IMG/VR virus record: IMGVR_UViG_3300045988_176782
Span: 1-64,000 of that record
From: a virus
Reading direction: 5' to 3' (one strand)
Length of the DNA stretch: 64,000 nucleotides
Shown: positions 42,369-56,484 of the stretch, piece by piece
Layout: every line of letters begins with the position of its first letter
Numbering within the stretch: position 1 is the first letter of the stretch
Program-made: the position numbers and the translations under genes
Notes under the pieces: model-generated
Database searches by the model: none
What the model was told of the DNA's origin: nothing
The model's input: the letters and a program-made list of their open reading frames with translations, nothing else

Positions 42369-44051
42369 TTAAATGTAAGTATATTTATATTTTAATGTAG
42401 CGGTTTCAACAGTAAAAGTAGAATTACCTTTTTTAAAAATTAGATAATGGAAGGAATTGATTTTTCCTGTTTTTTTATCTAATGTGTCTCCACCATCTAA
42501 CATTAAGTAAGGGGACAAAGCCATATTACTGCAATTTTCTTTGATAGATGTTAAACATTGTAAGCCGCCAAGTAGGTCATTATTATATTTATAATCTACA
42601 GTACAAACTCCAAGTTCGCTATCAAAAGTTAAAGTATAATCATAAAAAGAATTAGTTAGAAATGTTTCATCCGTGAAATCATCAGATTTACGATTCGTAT
42701 TTGGACTTTCTCTACCATTGTAATCCGCAAACATACACAACATAATAACATTAAAGAAACCAAACCAATTTACTTCAATCTAAGCATTATTTCCAACTGG
42801 TCCAGTATAAATCTTAATCTTATTATTTGTAAAAGTATTAGTCCCTTCATTCTCATCTACTGTTTCACTTTCTGGAATGTAAAGTTGAGGGGATTTTTGC
42901 TTGCCATCATAACTCATAATAGTTTGAATTGCATTGGCGGCCCAACTTAATACTTTGCCATTAACAAGTTCTTCCCTTAATCTTTCTTCTAATGATACTG
43001 CGGCAGTAATTTCTTCTTGCTCATAGTAATCGTGTGCAATTTTTATTGCTTTATTTACTTGTTCAAAAGTTTCAGGCAAAGAAAATTTAAAGGTCTAACT
43101 TAATTGTTGGTTAGCTAAATCCCCTGTTGAAGAAGCTAATACAGAATAAGTTGTACCAATAACATTATATGGAGGTTCGGCAAATAAACTGCCAGATAAT
43201 TCCGCGGCGGTATTGTATTCATCATTTATTTCATTAAAATAAATCGGCTCGCAATTAGCAGATAACTATGGTAGCAATTCACTATTAACGGCGTGTCGCA
43301 AAGAAAAGCGAAGCACGGATTCACTATTATAAGTAGAAGGATTATAATAACGAAAAGAGCTACATTGAGTAAAAATGATGTCTTTAAAAGTGCCTTTCTG
43401 ATTAATTAACTAATTTGCGCCAATACAACAGTCCCCAATACCAGACCAACTATCTCGTGCAGGAATATTACTATGATACATCATACGAAGTGCAGCCTAT
43501 TGATTATCATTTGTTTTTGCAGTAGCTAAGTCTTTTATCGTGCTATCTAAAACGTGCTAGAAAGCGAACTAAAAAGGCTTATCCTAAATTAAGGTTAGCT
43601 TACATTCACCTTTATAAATTCTTGTTTTAAGTGGAATACCAGCAATAGTATCTTCCGTAAGAAAAGGAATAAAGGTAAAATTAACTACACTTTCAATTCT
43701 AACATAACAATAGCGGTCCCACCAAGTATCCTCATAAAATTGCCCATAATATCCTGGTCGGAAGAGCCGCTTAAATTCACTAAATTGCTGTTCTGTCATA
43801 CCATCTGTTGCTAGATTGTATGTATATTTTTTTGTCTTAATTGCTGTTCCCCAATAATATTGTCCCATAACGCCATTAATGGTTGATGTTTCATCTTCAA
43901 ATTCCGGTGAACCATCAAAAGAGTACCGGTCGCTACTTGTTGTAGCGACCAGTCCAAATTCACTAATGTGATGGCCATTGAAACTAAAATCAATGAACTC
44001 TTTTTCCCAAGGCATTAGGTTTTTAGTAAGTTCTTCAACCTAAATACCCAT
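42369..44051 (-). CDS. Dit-like distal tail protein with long C-terminal extension (~560 codons), read through ~9 TAG codons
   Basis: RBS GGAGG plus ATG 44051. FNGHHISEFGL... is a siphovirus tail-component-like N-terminus. Fragments 43584-44015, 42780-43079 and 42369-42743 share a frame. I hand-translated 43386-43586 and found only TAG interruptions. The gene ends at TAA 42369-42371. Confidence 0.6.
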
Positions 44052-44057
44052 AATCCT

Positions 44058-47000
44058 TTACCTCCGAGAAACACTGCGACTTGAGGATTTCGCAGCAATA
44101 GAATACATACGGTCCATAATGTCATTGGAGATGTCTTCAATGTCATAAGAATCGTTAAGCTTCGCGACGGAGATTTGAATGGCTCCATCGGAAATGTTGA
44201 TAGAGTTAGAGTTTGAAGTTGTATAATTTTGAGAAGCAAGATTACCAGCAAAAGAATCGTAATGAGCTTTTAAGACATTTACAAAGTCAGGATTCTTTTG
44301 AGTAAAGGCAACAAGTTGTTCTAAGCCGCGAGTCTGATTAGCATTTAAGATATATTCAGGATTTTGGGGAGTGCCATGTAACATTGCTAATCCAGTTTCA
44401 GAATTCATACCACCTGTAGAATATCCACGAATTTTTTTCTATATAGAATTAATACGTGCTCTACCTACAGTAGTTTTTTTATCATCAGCTTTAGCAGACG
44501 TTCTTGTGCCAGTCCCATTTTTAGTAAGTCCCTCTGCTGCTAATTTCTTGGCATCTGCATAAGAAACTGTAACTGTTTCACCAGAAATCATCGTTACTTT
44601 ACGATTAGAACCAGAGCCAAAAGAAGACTTACTAGAAGAGCTACTTCCACCAGAAGATCCACTAGAACTTCCACTACCAGAACTATTATTAGTCTAATTC
44701 TTTGCTTTCTCATTATCCTCGCGACGTTTCTTTTCTTGAGCAATATGTTCAAAGAAACTTTGTTCCGCTAAACGAGAAGCCTCTTTCTAAGCCGCAGCAA
44801 TCTATTCATCAGAACTTTGACCATTAATGTTCTTAAGCATATAAGAATTATAAGTGTCTAAGTAATCTCTATCCCACCCCATGCGGGTTGCGGCATCAAC
44901 GGAATCATAAACATTCTTATAGCCTTCTTTCCACTTAGAAGCGTCACTTGTGTTACCCTTTAATGTTTCAAAAGCAGGTTCAGCATACTTATTAGAAAGC
45001 ATAGTAGAACGTTCGTTTTCACTATATAAGCCAATCTTGAATGCCCATTCTTCTAGCATTTTCTTTTGTTCTAAGTTTGCTTTTTCTAAGAAACTATCCG
45101 CGCCAGCACCACTTAAGAAATCAAGCATAAAGGCGTTACCCTAATCCATGATTTCATAAACCTTAGTCCATAATATGCCATTTTCTTTTTCGTAATCTAA
45201 AGTATCTTGAAGTAATTGGACTTGCTGTTCCATTAGTTCAGTTTGCTTAGTATTGGCATCCTTAATAACCTCAAGCGCATCTTCTTGCTTTTGGAAGTAT
45301 TCGTCTTTTAGCTTTTCACTAATAGTTTTTTCTAAGTTCTAAATCTCACTTGCACTACCGCCACTACGACGAAGTAGAGAAAGTTGTCGTTGTAAGGTTT
45401 CCCGTTCAGCAATGTTTTGATTAGTAGAATATTGATTCTTTTCTTTCGTGATTGCATTTTGAATTGAATCAGCGTATGCTTTGTTCGCGTCGGTAATAAG
45501 TTTATTGGATTCTTTTAAATCTTTAATGACTTTTTCCTTAACTTGAACAATTGCATCATAAATCATTTGGCTAACTTCAATTTCATTATCACGAATTTCA
45601 TCATTAACTTTTTGAATTTCTTCTGCTAAGCTTTCTAATTTTTCCTCTGTCTCTTGTACAGAATCACGAAGACCATCATAATCATCAATTGGTTCTTGCA
45701 AAGCACTAAAGAATTCTTGAACATACTCTTCATCTGTCCATTCTTTCTTAGTGTATTCGCCATTACCAACTGTTTTACCGTTTTCATCTTCGGTTTGACC
45801 TTCTTCCCAAGTGAAGCCGCGTTTAAATTGACCATTAGTTACTTTCTCAATCCAAGCAACCTAATCTTTAATGGTATAGCGTTCAGGATTATCGCCCATA
45901 TCATTAAGTTCTTGTAAAACTTCAAGGGCGCCTTTACCACCATTAGTCTCATTGCCTTCAACATATTGTAATACGCCATCTGCGCCAACTTTATAGAACT
46001 TGCTAATCCAGTTGGAAGAATCATTAATTGCGTCAGCTTGACGCTTTAATTCATCTTGTTGATAACGGTACAAATCACGTTGAGTATTGAGTTGGTCTTC
46101 AAGTAAAGCTTGACTTTCTTTTAGATTGCGGAGATAAGCGGCACCTTGGTCAAAACCTTTAGAGAGATTATTGCGTTGCGCAACAAGAGTATTGATGCGA
46201 TTCTCAAGATCAACAATTTGTCTTGAAAGGTTATACCATTCTTGTAAATCTGCAATATAAGGTTTGAGGCTGGCGTTCTTTCCACTACCGCCACCTCCAC
46301 CTCCCCCGTCGCCACCAAGCATATCGGCAGCAGATAGAGAGTTAAGTAGATTTGTCCAAATTGATTTTGCACGACGAACTGCAGCAAGAGCAGAACCAAT
46401 ACCACCAGCATAAGCATTACCTTCAACAAGAGCATTTCCACTATACATTGAAGCACGTTTATAGGCAGCATTAAGTTGAGTGCCACGAATTTTATCAACC
46501 TTTCCATCAATAATACCTTGAGTTTGAAGATGATTAAAAACGATTGCATCAGAAGGCAGATTTACAAATTCTGCGCCATCTTCGCCAAGTAGATGATATT
46601 TATTATCATAAACTGCTAACTCCGGGCCAAGTTCGCCAACAAGAGTTTTACCTGCCAAAGCAGCACCATAAATTTGACCATTTACAAGAGCTTTACCATC
46701 TACATTGCCTGTATAATATGGCAAGTCGACATTTAAACCTGCACCACTCGGTGCAAGAGGCTTCCCACCAGTTTTTTTAACACTAACTGTGCCAGTGAAA
46801 CTGGTATTTACACTTTTAGGAATTTCAGCAATGATTTTTTTAACTCGTTCTACAACTGAAATTATATTCCCTACTATACCACTAAAAGAAGTCTCATGAC
46901 TTGAAGGAACAGATTCAACAGAACTAGTAATATCTTTTGCAGTTTTATCTACATTTTCATCTTTTGCAGAAAAAGTGGTTTCTACTGTAGCGTTTTCTGC

Positions 47001-50000
47001 ACTCATATTTCCAAGTAAGAACTACAAAGCAGAAGAAATTAAATCAATACCATTAATTGTAAAGTTAACGTTGATGTCTTTATTTTTTCCTGCAATAGCG
47101 TCTAACTCACCTGCGACCTTATCTAACTTACTTTCTGCTATTCCAGCATTAGAAGCAATTGTAGCAATTGAAGCTGCGACAACAGCTAAGCCTAAAGCAG
47201 AAGTAGAAATAGTAGATAATGCAGTAGAAATTGCATTTAAAGGCTCAGCATCTAAATTAGAAAAATCTAATTTAAAAGCGTCGCCAGACATTAGGTCAGA
47301 AATGGACTGTAGAGTGGCAACAATTTTATTTAGACTGACTTCAACAGAATCAAAAACAGTATAAGTAACATTACCAGTATCAGAAATAGTTATTGGCTTT
47401 CCTAAGTCCTTAGTAAGCTAATCTTCTGCTTCCTTCCTTAATTCATCAGAAAGAGGAGCGCCATTGGGACCTTCAACCTTAAGCTATCCTTCTTCTACAG
47501 TAAGTGTAATTGTACCAAAAGGAGGCGGGATAGTTTCGTCAGTACCAGTACCAGTTATATCAGCAATTTTTCTTTCTATTTTTGTGCCAATTCTATAAGT
47601 TACTGTTTCTTCACCGACATCTACAATATAAGATTGGTCAGATTCTAAAGAAGCGCCATAAACGGAATTAAGATAATCTTCTATGGTTGCACGATTGCTC
47701 TTATCTTTATTAATATAATCAACTAAATTTTCTCCTGTTAATTCATTGCCTTTATCGTCAACTAATATTAAACCACCAGGAGTTAATTTAATTTGTCTAT
47801 CAACGGTAGCCTCGCCATCTTTTAGCTTAATATTACTAATAGCTTTTCCGCCAGCTTCTGAAAGCATTTTAGAATACTATTCAAAATTGGCTTGTTGATC
47901 TAACAGCTTGGCAAATTTTGTAGGATCGCCAAATAAATCTAAGAAAAACTACTGTGCCTTAGCGGGATCTGTGAAGATAGCTTTGCCATCTTTAAATTCC
48001 CATTCAAGACCGGCTTTGCGCATGTCAGAAGCAAGTAAATCAAGCATTCCTTGAATGCCTTCCGCACCTAAATCTGACATTGTAACAAAGAAATCACTAC
48101 CAATTAAAAACTTCTCTGGATTAAATTTGCCGTCTGTGAAGAACATTGATTCAAAAAATTTATCTTCATCAAAACCAAAGTTCTAACCAAAAGTATTTAA
48201 TCTGTTAGCAATATCTGTTAAACCAGCATTACCTTTATCCCAAGCTACTCCTAAAACAAACTATAGTTCTTTTTTAACATCTTCATTGTCTTTGTTGGCA
48301 TTCCAGAAATCAACTAAATCACGGTAAGTTTCAATTGTCTCGCCTTTTCCATCCCCATCAACATCAATTCCGATGCCTAAGTTAAGCTTAACATCACCAA
48401 TATCTTCCAGTGATTGCATGGCAAGAAGCATTTGTTCTATACCATTTAAATAATCAATTTGTTGTTTAGCAACCTCTTTTAGGCCATCAGTCATTCCGGT
48501 TGCCATAGAAGATGCCGCGGCGCTAATATCAATCCCAACATCAACGAAGCCTTTTGCGTCAACTTTACCAATAGTCTCACTGGCAGCAACGACCTTATTG
48601 GCCCAATCTTGAATAGTCTGTCCAGATTTAAGCCATTCATCCTATCCAACATTACTTAAGAAAGAACCTGCTTGACCTAATCTATCAATTTGGTCAATAA
48701 TATTATAAAAATCCTTAACTCCCATTTCACCGCTTTTTGCAAAGCTTTGAAGGGAGCTCTTAAAGGTATCAATGTTATCAACTAATTGCGTCCAATGTTC
48801 TTGTTGTCTATTTGCAAATGGGTCTTGGCCCATAAAATCAAATTCAGCACTATCAGCAGATTCTTTCGCTGCGGATGCAGCAGCTTGAAGAGCCTGAGCA
48901 TAGCTCCACGCTTCTTGCGCTGCTTCACCAGTAGCGTCTCCCATAGCTTGAGCAGCGGCAAACGCTTCTTTTGCTGCATCTTCGGCATCTTGATAACTCT
49001 TATATAAAGGATTGTCAGAATCTTGCCACAAATTCCATAGTTCTTGGCCAAACTCGCCAACACCAGTTAAGCCAAAAGTATCTTGAACTTGGCGGCTCAT
49101 TTTTGCAATTAAAGCCTGTTGATTTTGAGAACCTAAAGTAATACCTTTGTAAGAAGAAATATTACCACGAGAATTTAATCCATATTGTTTTGCTAAAGAA
49201 AAGAATTCAGAATTAGTTAATTCACCAGAAATGCCTTTTCCTAATGCGTCAAGATTAGAAGAAAGAGAGTCACGAATAGCATCTAAGATAAGTTGAATAA
49301 TTTCAGTATATTTTTCTTGAACAATAGAAGCATCAATTGTACCAGCAGATACCGCTAAATCCATCTAACCTACAAGATAATTTAAAATACTTTCCAAACT
49401 ACCAGAAGTTAAAGTTGCGATTGCTTCCTGAGTTTGACGTAAGCCCATCTTATCTAATAAGCTTTGAGCATCACTTACACTCATCTTTTCGCCAGAAGCA
49501 GCTTGTTCTAAAGCAGAACTTACAGAAGACATATAATCTTCCGTTGCAGCTTGAACGGAAATCTTGGCTTGTTCAATTATTCTCTCACTATATGCTTGCG
49601 CGCCAGCAACATCACTAATACTGGATAGATTTTCTTCAAGTTTTCCAACATTTAGACGATACTTGCCATCTTCGCCAAGTTGTAAAGCATTATGATAATA
49701 TTGGCTAACTTTTTCACCAAAGGTAAGATAAATGTCTGCTAAAGCATCAACTAAGTCAGAAGCAGAGATACCTTCTGCACTTGTTGAAAGTTTTTCATAA
49801 GCAGAATCTAAACCTTCAATTTGGTCAGTAGTATATTCTTTAGCAATATCAGAAAAGCCTTCACCAAACTAATTAACTATCCCATCATAATCTAATGCAC
49901 GCTTAAATGCAGCAGAAGCAGTAGATTTAGCATCAGAATAAGAAATATCATGATCTGTAAGAGCTTCACGTGTTTTGGTTAATAATGAATTTACCGCGCC

Positions 50001-53000
50001 TTGAAGATCATTTTGGACATCTTTTAAAAATTCTTGAACTTTATTCTTATATTCGCCTTCATCAAGTTTATCTATGTCTGCTTGAGTGAATTCACCAGAA
50101 ATGATGTCAGCGGAAGTAGAGAGAACACTTTGTAAACGATAAACATAAGATTCTAAAATATTATCTGCCCAGCGTTCTGGGTCTTGAATATTAGATTTCT
50201 CAGCTATCGTGATTAAGCCATTTTTGCGAGACTGCGCCCAAGTCTCAGTTTGCTGGCCACTTAAAATATCTTCTAAGAAAGTTTGTTCATCTTGAGTTAA
50301 ATTTTTGTAAACATCAGTTCCTAATGCACTTTCAATGTCGGCCTAAGTAATATTTTTTTCAGCAGAAGACTCAGCCAAATCTTTCGCAGCAGATAATAAA
50401 CTATCAGAAGTAGATTGAAGAGTATTAACAAAAAGTTGCACAATTGTATCAACTGCAGATTGTTCAATTCCTGGTATTTGCGTTAAAATATCTTTAAAAT
50501 CGTTTTCAGTTAACTTTACATCGCCAAAAGCGTTAGTAGCAATTTCAGGTAATGAGTCAATTTGTTCCTTACTTAGTCCTGCCGTAGCTAATGCATTTTT
50601 TAAAGACTCAAGAGTTAACTGTCCACCTTGTGCTAAACTTTTAAAAGTGTCAGTTATCTCGAAACCCTCAAGAGTTTTTTCTCCAAAATGCTCAGAAAGC
50701 GCTAAATCAGCTTCTAATTTTTTAGTTCTATATTCTAATTGAGCATTAATTGTATCGCTAAAAGTGTTATTTAGATATTCTAAATACGCAGTAGCCTTAG
50801 TAGAATCAGTTGCATCTTCTGTTTCAGCTACTTTCTTAAAGGTTTGTTCAGCTTCATTTAATAAGTTAGAATCTTTACCTAATAAAGAAGTCAATAACAT
50901 ATCTGCAGCAGAAGAATACTATGCAATCAATTGTGTACTTTCTGCTTGTTTAGAAAGTTCTTGTTCTTGCTCCTCCAAACTCTAAATAGTAGAATCATAA
51001 TACCCTTCAACTTCAAGAGAAGTTCTATTACGCTCTATGCCTTCGCGAGTTTTATTTAAAGCTTCTTCACGTTTTTTAATATCATCAGCACTTAAATTAT
51101 CAGATTCATTAATAAGTGTAATCTAATCATCAATATAACCAGAATATTCTTCTTGCCAATTATCAAAATCTTTAGATAAAACTTTATTTAAAGTTTCTGC
51201 CGCGCCTATATAAGTGTAAGTACCTTTATCAAAATCAAAGAAATTAGTATCAGCTAAAGAAACCCCCAATTTTTTTGCAAGTTTCTAAGCTTCGCTAAAA
51301 TCCATCTAAGAAGAAACGATATCAAATTCTTTAATAGTATCATCCATTTTTTCGGCTATGCCGTCAACAAAAGCATTAATAGATGTTACCATATTTTCAG
51401 CATAAGGAGCCATTTCATTTAAGCCAGAACTCTTAATTGCTGTTTCGTCGATACCAGCTCTCTTTAACTACTCTTTAGCTTCTTTAATACCAGAATGAGA
51501 AGTTAAGTCCGCTTCAGCAATGATGTTAACTGCCTTTTCTCCCTATTGCGCGGCCCAAGACCAAAGTGTATCTTGAGCTTGCATTAATTCGCTTGCTTTT
51601 GCAGAAGTCATTCTGCCAGATACAACCTAATCACGAAGTTGCTTAGCATAAGAAGTGATTACAGATTGATAAATTTGTGGGACATTTTGACTTAAAGAAT
51701 TGGCTACTTCGCCAAAACCGTGTGCTGTCAAAGCTTTAGAGGTTAAATCAGCTACTTTAGAAAATTCTTCTTCGTAGGTTGCAGAAAATGCTTCAGGAAG
51801 TTTAATTCCTAAGTCTTCTATTTGACTTAAAAATTGTTGATAAGTAGTCTTTCCAGCGATGAGTCTTTGAACTGCATCATTATAATTGTCAACTTCACCT
51901 AATGTGACTAAAGAATCATATAGCCCAGAAATGGTAGAATCTAAATCTTCTAAACCATTATCAATAGTTGTATCATCTAATTTACTCCAATCGCCGTCTG
52001 CCCAACGAAGCAAGATTTTAGAAACAACTTCATCTGCACCGGTCAATTGCTCATAAGCTTGGCCGATTAAATCTCCTTCTAAAATTCTGTCCTAAATTTT
52101 AGAAGTAATTTGTGCTTGTGCAATTTTCGGTTCAGTAGTTTCAATAACAGCTTTTTGAGTGGCAATTTTCTATTCTAATATATTAGACTATTCGATGAAA
52201 TCTCGCCAAGAAGATGCAGAAGAACCTTTAATAATTGCTCTTGTATCCTAATCACGGTATTTATCTTTAATGGCATAAACGCCCGCGGATTTTAATAGTT
52301 CTAAGAAGTCTCCATAAAAACCTGCATTAGTATTATTATAACTTTTCTCGAAGAAATCATGAACAGCTTGATTATTAAAATCTAATATTTTAGTAATATT
52401 ATATTTTATTGCTGAGGCGGAAGAATATTTTCCATTATTAGTCTTTTTGAAAATAGGAATTTCTTCCGCAGAACTATAACCTAATTGTGCCGCAGTTGCA
52501 TTCCATTCTTCATTATTGGTAGGCAAACGAACAGAATTTACACCAGGCCCATAAGCACGTCGGGTTCCTAATAATTCTTCTTGCTCTGCTTCATATTTAG
52601 CTAAATCTTTCTAAGCTTTTTTTAACTCTGCTTTTGCAGAATCAATTGTAACCTGAGCGCTTTGCTTACGAGCAGCCGCCAAAGTGTTCTCAGCACTTGT
52701 TAAATCAATTATAGCATTTCCAGCAGCATCAAAAGAAGCACTTAATTCTGGTACAGATTCAAATAAAGAATTATTTGCATCAATCCATTCTTTACGAGCT
52801 TCTTCACTATCATATTGAGTGCTTTGTAAAGATTTAAGCTTTTCAATACCTTCTTCTAGTGTAGAAACTTTTTGTTTTGCTTCCGCTCGTTTCAAATTAG
52901 CTTCGTCATATTTCTCTGTAGCTTTTTGAGCTTCTTCTTGAGCTTTTTCTACTTTAGAAGGAATTGAGGAAATAAAACTAATTAAACCACCTAAGGCCCC

Positions 53001-54026
53001 TACTGCAATACCAATAGGACCCGCGGCACCAGCTAAGGTAGGGATTGCTGAAGCTAAAATAGATGCTGTAGAACCGATAGATAAAGCGTTACCAGCACCT
53101 GAAAATGCCGCGCCTAAAGTCTGATTACTTTTTGCAGCGTAAGATCCTATTGCAGAAAGAACACCGCCACCAACTTGGGCACCGATTAAAAGGCCACGAT
53201 GCTATTGAGCGAAAGTCAAATTCTAAGTAGAACCACCTTGACTATCAGTAATAGGCATCCACTACATTTTACCTGTTTGTGGATTCTAACTTACTTGCCA
53301 ACTGGTGGGAACATTTGACTAAGTTTGTACTCTAACGCCATTAGCAAATGATTGAGCGTTAGTTTTTCCGCCTTCTTCGCTAACAGTACGCATATTTTCT
53401 AACATACTTTTGTAGTTCATACGAACTTCACCAAAAGCATTAGCAAATGCACTTATACCTAAACTACCAATTAATTTAATAGCAGAAATAATTCCTGCTA
53501 CATTTAATAATGCAGTAGGTTTAGAAAGTTTGTTAAATCCTTCTAATACTGAATTTAAACCATCAAGAAAACCCTTAAAAAAGTCTCCATTGAAAATATC
53601 CATGTAAAATTGTTGGAAACTTGTTTTTAAATTTGCTTGCTTACTTTCCAAACTTTCCAAAGTTTTACTATATTGAATTAATCCCGCATCTTCTGAATCT
53701 TCTGCGGCGGTTGCAACTTCGCGTAAGCGCTTGCCATTACTGACCAGAGCGATAAAACGGGACTATTGACGGTTACCTGCTGCAATAGTTGCAACATAGC
53801 GTTGAGAACTCTTATCTAAAGTATCCCATTTATCAGCTAATTCAAAGATTACATCGTCAAAATCTCTAAATTGGCCTTGGGTATCCAGCAAAGAAACGCC
53901 AACAGAAGCAAGAGCAGTTTGGACTTTGTTTACATCTATAAGTTCGCCGTCTTCGTCAAAAGCGGAACCTTTCTTCATCTCGCCAAAACGGGAGATAATA
54001 CTCTTAAGGGCGGAACCAATGTTTTC
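44058..54026 (-). CDS. tape measure protein, exon 2 (3322 codons plus stop), dense in-frame TAG
   Basis: Twenty track fragments between 44058 and 53978 share one frame. It continues the TP901-type TMP core (ENIGSALKSIISRF...ATIAAGNRQ) and has a conserved C-terminal block (LVGELGPELAV..GAEFVNLPSDAIVFNHLQT). A poly-Gly/Ser stretch is present. The exon ends at TAA 44058-44060. Confidence 0.7.
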
Positions 54027-54366
54027 CCTTTATGTTACGAAAAGATTCGCTATATCTTTCCTTCTACAGGCTTTCCCTGTAGAGCAGACTATATATTCAT
54101 CCTTGTTTTACAAGGCGGGAGCCTTTTCAGACCGCTTGGCCTTACGAGAGCGTAACTCTCTAGTCGTTGAACCTTCTTCTTGCGAAGCTTGGCTGCGGGT
54201 TAAGCAATCTTTAACTTTTTTACTGTACCAAAGCCACTACACTTTGCCGCATATTTTTGATATGTTTAGTAGTCAAAGCTCTAAGCCTTTCCCCGTCAAT
54301 TAAACTCCATTCATATTAAGGATTGCTCCTTAACGACCCTAATTCAAGAAACCTTGAAATTTAAGG
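54027..54366 (-). mobile_element. ORF-less group I intron in the tape measure gene
   Basis: On the - strand it contains AATTGACGGGGAAAGGCTTAGAGC, GGTTCAACGACTA, ATATATAGTCTG and the ..CGTAACATAAAGG 3' end, which are family motifs shared with the other introns. The reading frame shifts between its flanks, and splicing joins ..EATRES|ENIGSALK... The junction is accurate to about 3 nt. Confidence 0.7.
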
Positions 54367-56427
54367 ACTTTCACGCGTTGCCTCTACCATAGTAGCGATC
54401 ATCGCGGTTGTATTTTCAAAACTACTACCAACGTTTGCTGCGCCGGAAGCAGTTTTAGACATGGCTTCAATTAAGTCTTGCGTATCAGACGCAGTTTTCG
54501 CAGCTACATTACTGTAAACATCCGTAACATGAGCTGCGTCAGTCATATCCATGTTGAACGCACGAATAGCTACAGTCATACCATCTGCAGCATCACTGTA
54601 AGAAATACCAGCAATACGAGCCATCTTTAATGTCTCGGTTGTTGTTGCCATTACATCCGCAGTTCCCAAGCCTTGTTGGTAATAAAGTTGTGTTACTTCA
54701 TAAACACCTTGGGTAGTTACACCATATTGTTTTGCGATGGCCATATAATCATTAATTTGGCCCCATAAATCCTCAACACTAAAATCAGTAACTACCGCAA
54801 TGTTAGTCATTGCTTTATCAAGATTTTGAATATCATTATAAGCTTCGCGGATACCCTATCTAATATAACTTACAATTTCTCTGGCACCCATCCAACGAGC
54901 AATAGACATTTGTAAATTACGCTTAAACATTTCTGCTTCATTTTGAGCTTGCTATGCCGCAGCGTTAAGGTCACCTTGTGCACGTAAATTATCTTCTGTT
55001 CCAGTACGATAATCTCTAATATTAGAATCAATACTCGTTGCGCCGCCAGTTTTTCTGACGCGAAGAGCATCTTGGTATCCTTGCTATTCTTGAGTTAAAC
55101 TATTTAATTTATCTTGTAATTCTTGTATTGTTTGAGCTTTTAGAATAGTAGAAAGATTCTCAAATTCTGTAGCAAGACTTCGTAAAGAAGGAATTAAAGT
55201 AGAAGTTATGCTAGTAATATCATTTTGGATATTAGCATACTCTTGTTCCTAAGTATTTAACTTCCCCTAATTTGCGCGGATATAAGTGTCTGCTTCATTT
55301 AATTGAGTTTGCGCAGTAGTGTAACGGTCAACGGATTGTTGAACCATAAATTTATTTGCGTAATTACGGCCCCAAGCGCTAACTTTTTGAACTTTCTCTA
55401 CACCTTCAACACCAAGGCCAATTCCATCATTTTCTAATTGAATGGCTTTAGCAATCGCGGCCATAATACTGTCTTTTAAACCAGCAACTGGGCCACTAAT
55501 TACAGATTGAATTTCGGCATTATCAATCTTAAATGCCTGCATCATCTATGTTACTACGTCTCTACCGACATCAGTTAGAGTATTGGAAGATTTATTGTAG
55601 TAATCAGTATTACTTGTAATTTCTTTTTGAATAGAATTAAGAACATTTCTTGCTGTATAATTCGCTGTCAAACCACTAACAGTTGTCGCTTGCGCTATAC
55701 TTGAAGCAAAGCGACTTCTATTATAAGTTTGACTGGTTACACCCATTTCAGTCTAAGCAGAAGTTCGTTTTGTCTATGCTGCAGCCATTCCTTGACGCAA
55801 TGGCGCTAATTTAGCCATAACATCAGATGCTTTTTGCTCTAAACTAGCAAGCTATTTTTCTGCATCACTAATACCAGCTCTAAATGCAGCAGCATTAGCA
55901 CTTAAAGATTTATCTGCATTAAAACCTTTAAGTTTAGTGGCAGTAGCATCTGCCAAAATAGAGCGGCCTGTTCTTCCTTTACCATCGTCATAAGTTTCTA
56001 AAAACTCTCGGCTATTTTTCTTTGGCTCTGCGCCGCCTTCAACAGCACGCAAATCCTTTTTAATGGCAGAAATTTTATTAGCAAAAGTATTTAAGTCTCG
56101 CTTTTCTGCATCGGTTAAAATAAAATTACTTAATCCCGCGTTTTGGACTTGTCGTGCGGAATTTTGAACGGTATCATAAAAAGATTCAACCTAACGAGTA
56201 GCTTTTTTTAATTGGTTGCTATCCACCATTGGTCCTGCTAATGTGTCAGCAAATTCTTGCGCTTTAGCTTTTAATTGGTCAAGCGTTTTAGACATACTGG
56301 TATACAAAGCAGTGCCAGGATTCATCTAAGCTAATTGAGATTCAAATTGTTGAACAATTTGATCCATTTGCTTTTTATTTGCAACGAAATCAACAGCTAC
56401 TGTATAACTTCTTGGTCCTGTGGCCAT
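54367..56427 (-). CDS. tape measure protein, exon 1 (687 codons, 11 in-frame TAG by hand translation)
   Basis: RBS AAAGGAG plus ATG 56427. Fragments 55852-56052, 55546-55746, 55267-55545 and 54361-54810 share a frame. The TP901-family TMP core is present (AKTASDTQDLIEAMSKTASGAANVGSSFENTTAMIATM). Confidence 0.7.
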
Positions 56428-56461
56428 ATTTCTTCTCAACTCCTTTTACCCAAAAAAATAA

Positions 56462-56481
56462 GTGCTCCCGAATGGGAGCAC
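56462..56481 (-). terminator. intrinsic terminator/attenuator upstream of the tape measure gene
   Basis: On the - strand, GTGCTCCC-ATTC-GGGAGCAC followed by TTATTTTTTT, located between the tube paralogue stop and the TMP RBS. Confidence 0.6.
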
Positions 56482-56484
56482 ATA

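Noticed and set aside
45635-49618. Numerous short + and - strand track ORFs inside the tape measure region (e.g. 45654..45917, 46121..46549, 46975..47364, 48786..49007, 49337..49618)
   Set aside because: They are alternative-frame or antisense readings of a 12-kb gene whose main frame is consistent over 20 fragments. None has a start context.
53871-54303. Track ORFs 53871..54155(+) and 53926..54303(+)
   Set aside because: They lie antisense to the tape measure gene and across its intron. They have no RBS and a low-complexity composition.
54870-55070. Track ORF 54870..55070(-) as a separate late gene
   Set aside because: It is out of frame with the continuous TAG-punctuated tape measure frame that covers the same region, and it reads as low-complexity Leu/Ile/Lys.
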